Assembly (NCBI RefSeq): GCF_009914755.1
Contig: NC_060926.1
Reading direction: 5' to 3' (one strand)
Length of the DNA stretch: 64,000 nucleotides
Source: the human T2T-CHM13v2.0 reference genome, Homo sapiens
In this document: positions 57,603-64,000 of the stretch, piece after piece
How positions within the stretch are numbered: position 1 is the first letter of the stretch
Layout of the letters: each line of letters starts with the position of its first letter
The notes under the pieces: model-generated
Database searches by the model: none
What the model saw: the letters and a program-made list of their open reading frames with translations, nothing else
Told to the model about the DNA's origin: nothing
Translations under genes and position numbers: made by a program

Positions 57603-58014
57603 TGTTCTGGGTTGAATTGTGTCACCTCCCAAAACATATGCTAGAGTCCTAGCCCCCAGTACCTTGGAATATGACCTTCTTTGGAGACAGGGTCTTTGTA
57701 GGGGTAATCAGGTTAAAATGAGGCCATTCAGGGGAAGGGGTTGGGCAATACAAACCCGTGCCTTTATAAGAGAGGGAAAGTAGGACACAGATGCATGCAC
57801 GGAGGGAAGATGCTGGAGTAGATGGTAATCTGTAAGCCAAAGAGAGAGAGGCCTGGGGCAGATCTTTCTCTTAGAGCCCTCAGAAGGAAATAACCCTCCT
57901 TGATACCTTGATTCTGGGCTTCTGGTCCTCAGAACTCTAAGACAATAATTTTTTTCCTGCTGAAGCCACCCAATTTGTAGAACTTTGTTATGGCAGCCCT
58001 AGAAAACTAATACA
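57603..58014 (+). mobile_element. MLT1B-like MaLR LTR
   Basis: TGTTCTGGGTTGAATTGTGTC...ATGGCAGCCCTAGAAAACTAATACA; TSD ATTAT/AGTAT. Confidence 0.88.
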
Positions 58015-58989
58015 AGTATATTTCTTAATGTTACAAATCTATCAAATAGAGAACCAGGGAATAGTGGTATTTCTAAATTGGGAAAAGGAGGAAGTGCTAC
58101 ATTTACTCAATCATCTTTTATCAAAGCAGGAACCCAGGAGATAACATCTAAAATTAATAAATAAACACACAGTATTAAATGCGAGATGGGACTTTCTGAA
58201 TTATTAGAAACAGATTCAATTAATTTCCTCTGGAGACAGGACTGGAGGGGGGAAAGAATGAGGCAGCTTGTCAATGAAAGTTTTTTTCTATTAACAGATT
58301 TTTAAATCATAGCATATATTACTTTGGCTAATTTTTTAAATGGATTAAAAACAACATTCATTTCAGGGTTTTGGAAGGTCAACATTTTAGATCAAAACCT
58401 GTATAATCAACTATCAGTTTTTGTAAAACAGATCTCTTTGCCATGTGCAAATGTAAGTTATAGCTTTCAGTTGATTCCAGCTGAAACCTCTCAGAGAGTC
58501 AGCAAATTAAAGATTGCCCCTAATTCAGGGGCAAATTCCAGGCAAGTGAGGCTCTGTAAATCCCATAGATCTTTAAAATGAATAGTTAGAAATATTGTTG
58601 ACTGTTTTTGATGTTTAATTGTAAAAAGAGCAGAAATAGTGTCAAGCTTGCAATATGCTGATGCTATTAAGACAGAAGAAAATAAAACAACCTTGGGAGG
58701 CTTGCATGGGGCGTGAGGTGTACTATTATATAAGGTAAGGTGACAGGAGGAGCTAGCTTCATTTTATTCCACTCTATAATTTAATCATATGTGATTGGAG
58801 TTCCCATCCACAGTAGGAATACAGTCTGAAGGATTAATGGGGTCAACGTTCAAAGATAAATGGAGTCATGTCAAAAGGACACAGGAGCTCCCACTGGCCA
58901 AATGGGGGAATATACGGGCATCAAGTAGAATGACAGTGATAGATTACAACACACATAATTTTGAAAACCCATGAGTGCATTGTTATAAT

Positions 58990-59760
58990 CAGAACAAAGG
59001 GAGGGTAGAAAGAGAAAAAGAAAAGAATGTTCTTCTTTACAGAATAATATTAAAAGGTTTATCTTGTTTTTAAATAGAAGAATGTGAAAAGGATTGCCTT
59101 CTCTTAAATAGGAAAACAACAATTATAAATATATCAATTCTTCAAATCCTTATTATGTCAATCTATGAAGAGAATGTAATTAAATACAAATAACAAATTA
59201 AATACATAAGGGATTTAGCAACACGATATTGACATTTATCTAGAAAAATAAGCTGGTAAGAATTACCAAAAAATTATAAGTGAGAGAGAGGGAGGTACAT
59301 AGTTAGTACTATGTAGTAACTATTATTCAAACAGATTAGAAAACTGCAGAAATTAAAATTTAGATAGTTTTACAGAAATACACAGAACCATCAATGAAGC
59401 AAAATTGAGTACAGAAGTGCATCTGGGATGTTGTGCATGTTTAAGTTTGCATTTAAAAATCAATGGAGGAAATAGATTGTTAAATAAGAGAAGCTGGAAC
59501 AATGTCTAGCTATTTAGGACTAAAGGATGAGCAAGAGAAGGAGGAGGAGGAAGAGGAGGAGGAGGAGCAACATTAGCAGCAGCTGGATTTGTTACCTCAT
59601 GTCTTATTTCCAAATACACTCTAAATTATTCTAAGATTTAAACTTATAAAATATAACTAAATAACCCATAAAAATAGTGGGGAAAAGTATCAATATATAT
59701 CTTAAAATATTGAGTGGAGAAATGTACTAACCAGACTTCTTATTTTCAAGGAATAATAAT
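58990..59760 (+). mobile_element. Very old L1 ORF2 relic (probably continues at ~62600-63170)
   Basis: A-rich tract with AAATCAATGGAGGAAATAGATTGTTAAATAAG...GGAACAA, resembling ancient L1 ORF2. Confidence 0.45.
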
Positions 59761-59789
59761 AATAAAAAACTGGTCATCCAAAGTTGTAA

Positions 59790-60276
59790 AATAATGTATG
59801 AAAACACAGAGACTCATTGGGTGAGCTAGAAAAGCAGGCTTGGAAAATGAGCAGGAACAAAGGAAGACTAGGCAGACAAAGCACCGCCACATTCATGCCA
59901 CAGAACCAGCCCGTGAGTCACAATTGCTATCACCCCGAGCCAGGAATGTCTTCATCACCTTGCTGTAGGCACTGGTCATGGACTCTCGTCCTATCAGCAC
60001 CATTGCCACCAGTGATCCCACGTTAAGAATGTTGCTGCCGCTGCTGCTCCCGCAGGTCTGTGTGTTTACTTCACTGGCTTCTAATGCAAAGTTCTGGGTG
60101 GGAGACTCAAATGGACTGAATCTAGATCATATACCAACCAGCACTCTGGCTGCAAGGGAAGCTGAAAAAGCAAGTATCTAGTCCTTAGATCTTCAGATTA
60201 GGAAGTGGACTCTTAGCTGGGCCTGTCAATGGAGCTTTTATGGTCAGTAATTATCAAGCATAAGAAGGGGGTTCAG
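59790..60276 (-). mobile_element. Old MLT1 (M/N/O-type) LTR hosting the L1PA2 insertion
   Basis: CTCTGGCTGCAAGGGAAGCTGAAAAAGCAAGTATCT motif. Confidence 0.55.
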
Positions 60277-62535
<2,259 letters not shown>

Positions 62536-62900
62536 GGGGGTTCAGATTCTGGGTAGTCCCTGAACTACAAGTATCTGTACAAGAAGTACGCAAAGCCCAT
62601 AGCCACATAGGAAAAGATTATTTCATTTATATAAGAAATGTTTAAAGTTGTGGGGGGGAATCAAAATTAAAAAAGAAAGTGCATGCAAGAGCTCTTTCTA
62701 ACACACATAAAAAGTACATATATTTATATAATACAGGAATCAATCCTACAAATGTGTAATTGCCTGTGTATGTATACACATGCCTCCAACAGAAAAGTGG
62801 GCAAAGCAGATATTTCAGAAAAAGAAATATAAATGACCGCTCAAGATAAGAATAGAAAAAATGATATCTTCTAATTCAAGAAATGCAGGTTAAAATTAGA

Positions 62901-63022
62901 TTTTTTTTTTTTTTTTAGTAGAGATGTGGTCTTGCTCAGGATGACTTCCTCGCTTCAAGAGATCCTCCAGCCTTGGCCTTCTAAAGTGCTGGGATTACAG
63001 GCATGTGCTACTGTGCCTGGCC
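62901..63022 (-). mobile_element. Alu left monomer / FLAM
   Basis: Poly-T followed by a single antisense monomer ending CTGTGCCTGGCC. Confidence 0.85.
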
Positions 63023-64000
63023 CAGATTTAAATTTTTTACTAAAATTAAGAATGGCAAAGGATAGAGGGAAATAATGTCTCCACATAGCAGCTGCTTAAA
63101 ATGGGTGAATATGTAATATGTAAATACTATACCAATAAGGTTGATTTCTATGAAGTTGCTTCTTAAAAAATGCTTGAAACACTCTAGTGTCTTCTTGATC
63201 CTCAATCCAATTCTCCTTGCAGGGTCTGTGATTTTTCTTGTGGAAAATCACAAGCTCTGGCTCGCACAGCACTCCAGCCTCACATCATACCACCTTCCAT
63301 TCCACCCATTTTGTTGGATACTTTCACACTTGCCACCTTTTCTTCCAGCACTAATATGTGTCATCATCTGTGCAACTTTAAAAAAAAATCATTAAATAAC
63401 AGAATGGCCAAAATTTGGGCAGAACAGGTATACATGAGTAACGGTAATGGACGTAGCTTCTTCTGCTCCTGGTTAAGCTATTGTCAGTGACAAAGTCAGA
63501 TCGATCCTCCCGTCTCCAGCACCCATCCTACAATACACCTGCTGTAAAACAAGAGTGGGAAGGGATTTTAGAGAGACAAGCACAGTGTTCACGCACAAAC
63601 CCATTGTTTGGAGCAGCACTTCGCAGAGTATGTTGCCCCCAAATATGAGGCTTCTAAAGTGTTCCACAAGGAGAATGTTTATGAGATAAAAGTTCTGAGA
63701 AAATTTCATATCTTCTCTTTGGAAATTCACAGTAGCACATTTGACAACTTGCCTCATAACAGCCTGTTTATCTGCACTTAAAATAGTATTGTCTAACAGT
63801 ACCTAACTATGCAGACTTTTAAAATAATGCATAATGCCCCATGACAATAATGAATTAGAGGAATATGAGAAACATTGTTCTCCCCCTTCTCTGAGAACCT
63901 CTTTCAACGGCTGTAATGGCATTATAAGAGCCACTTTTGGAGTTAATAGTGAATGTGCCTGGTTTCTTGACTCATCAATTCATGCATTTACTAGGACAGC

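Overview
Primate nuclear DNA, almost certainly hominid/human, given AluJ/S/Y SINEs and an L1 with an L1PA2-type 3'UTR. The window is AT-rich, CpG-poor and looks intronic or intergenic. I found no host protein-coding exon, RNA gene, CpG island, processed pseudogene or NUMT. Every recognisable ORF in the six-frame track is a decayed LINE-1 ORF1/ORF2 fragment or Alu/LTR read-through. Roughly half or more of the window is interspersed repeat. This includes a nested ~13-kb L1 block (12.5-25.9 kb) containing a near full-length L1MA1/2-type element invaded by a THE1 LTR, a 5'-inverted L1PB and a 3'-deleted L1PA7/8-type element. There are also two ~2.3-kb 5'-truncated L1PA2/3-type copies in direct orientation, six Alus and an Alu monomer, MaLR/ERVL/ERV1 solo LTRs, DNA-transposon fossils and many MIR/L2 relics. 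I found no evidence of a previously undescribed biological system. The most interesting observations are mechanistic retrotransposition scars, shared lesions between two L1 copies, intact DUX4 motifs in three THE1 LTRs, candidate enhancer motif clusters and a few exon-like segments. Repeat family names come from recalled consensus sequences, and boundaries of old elements are approximate.
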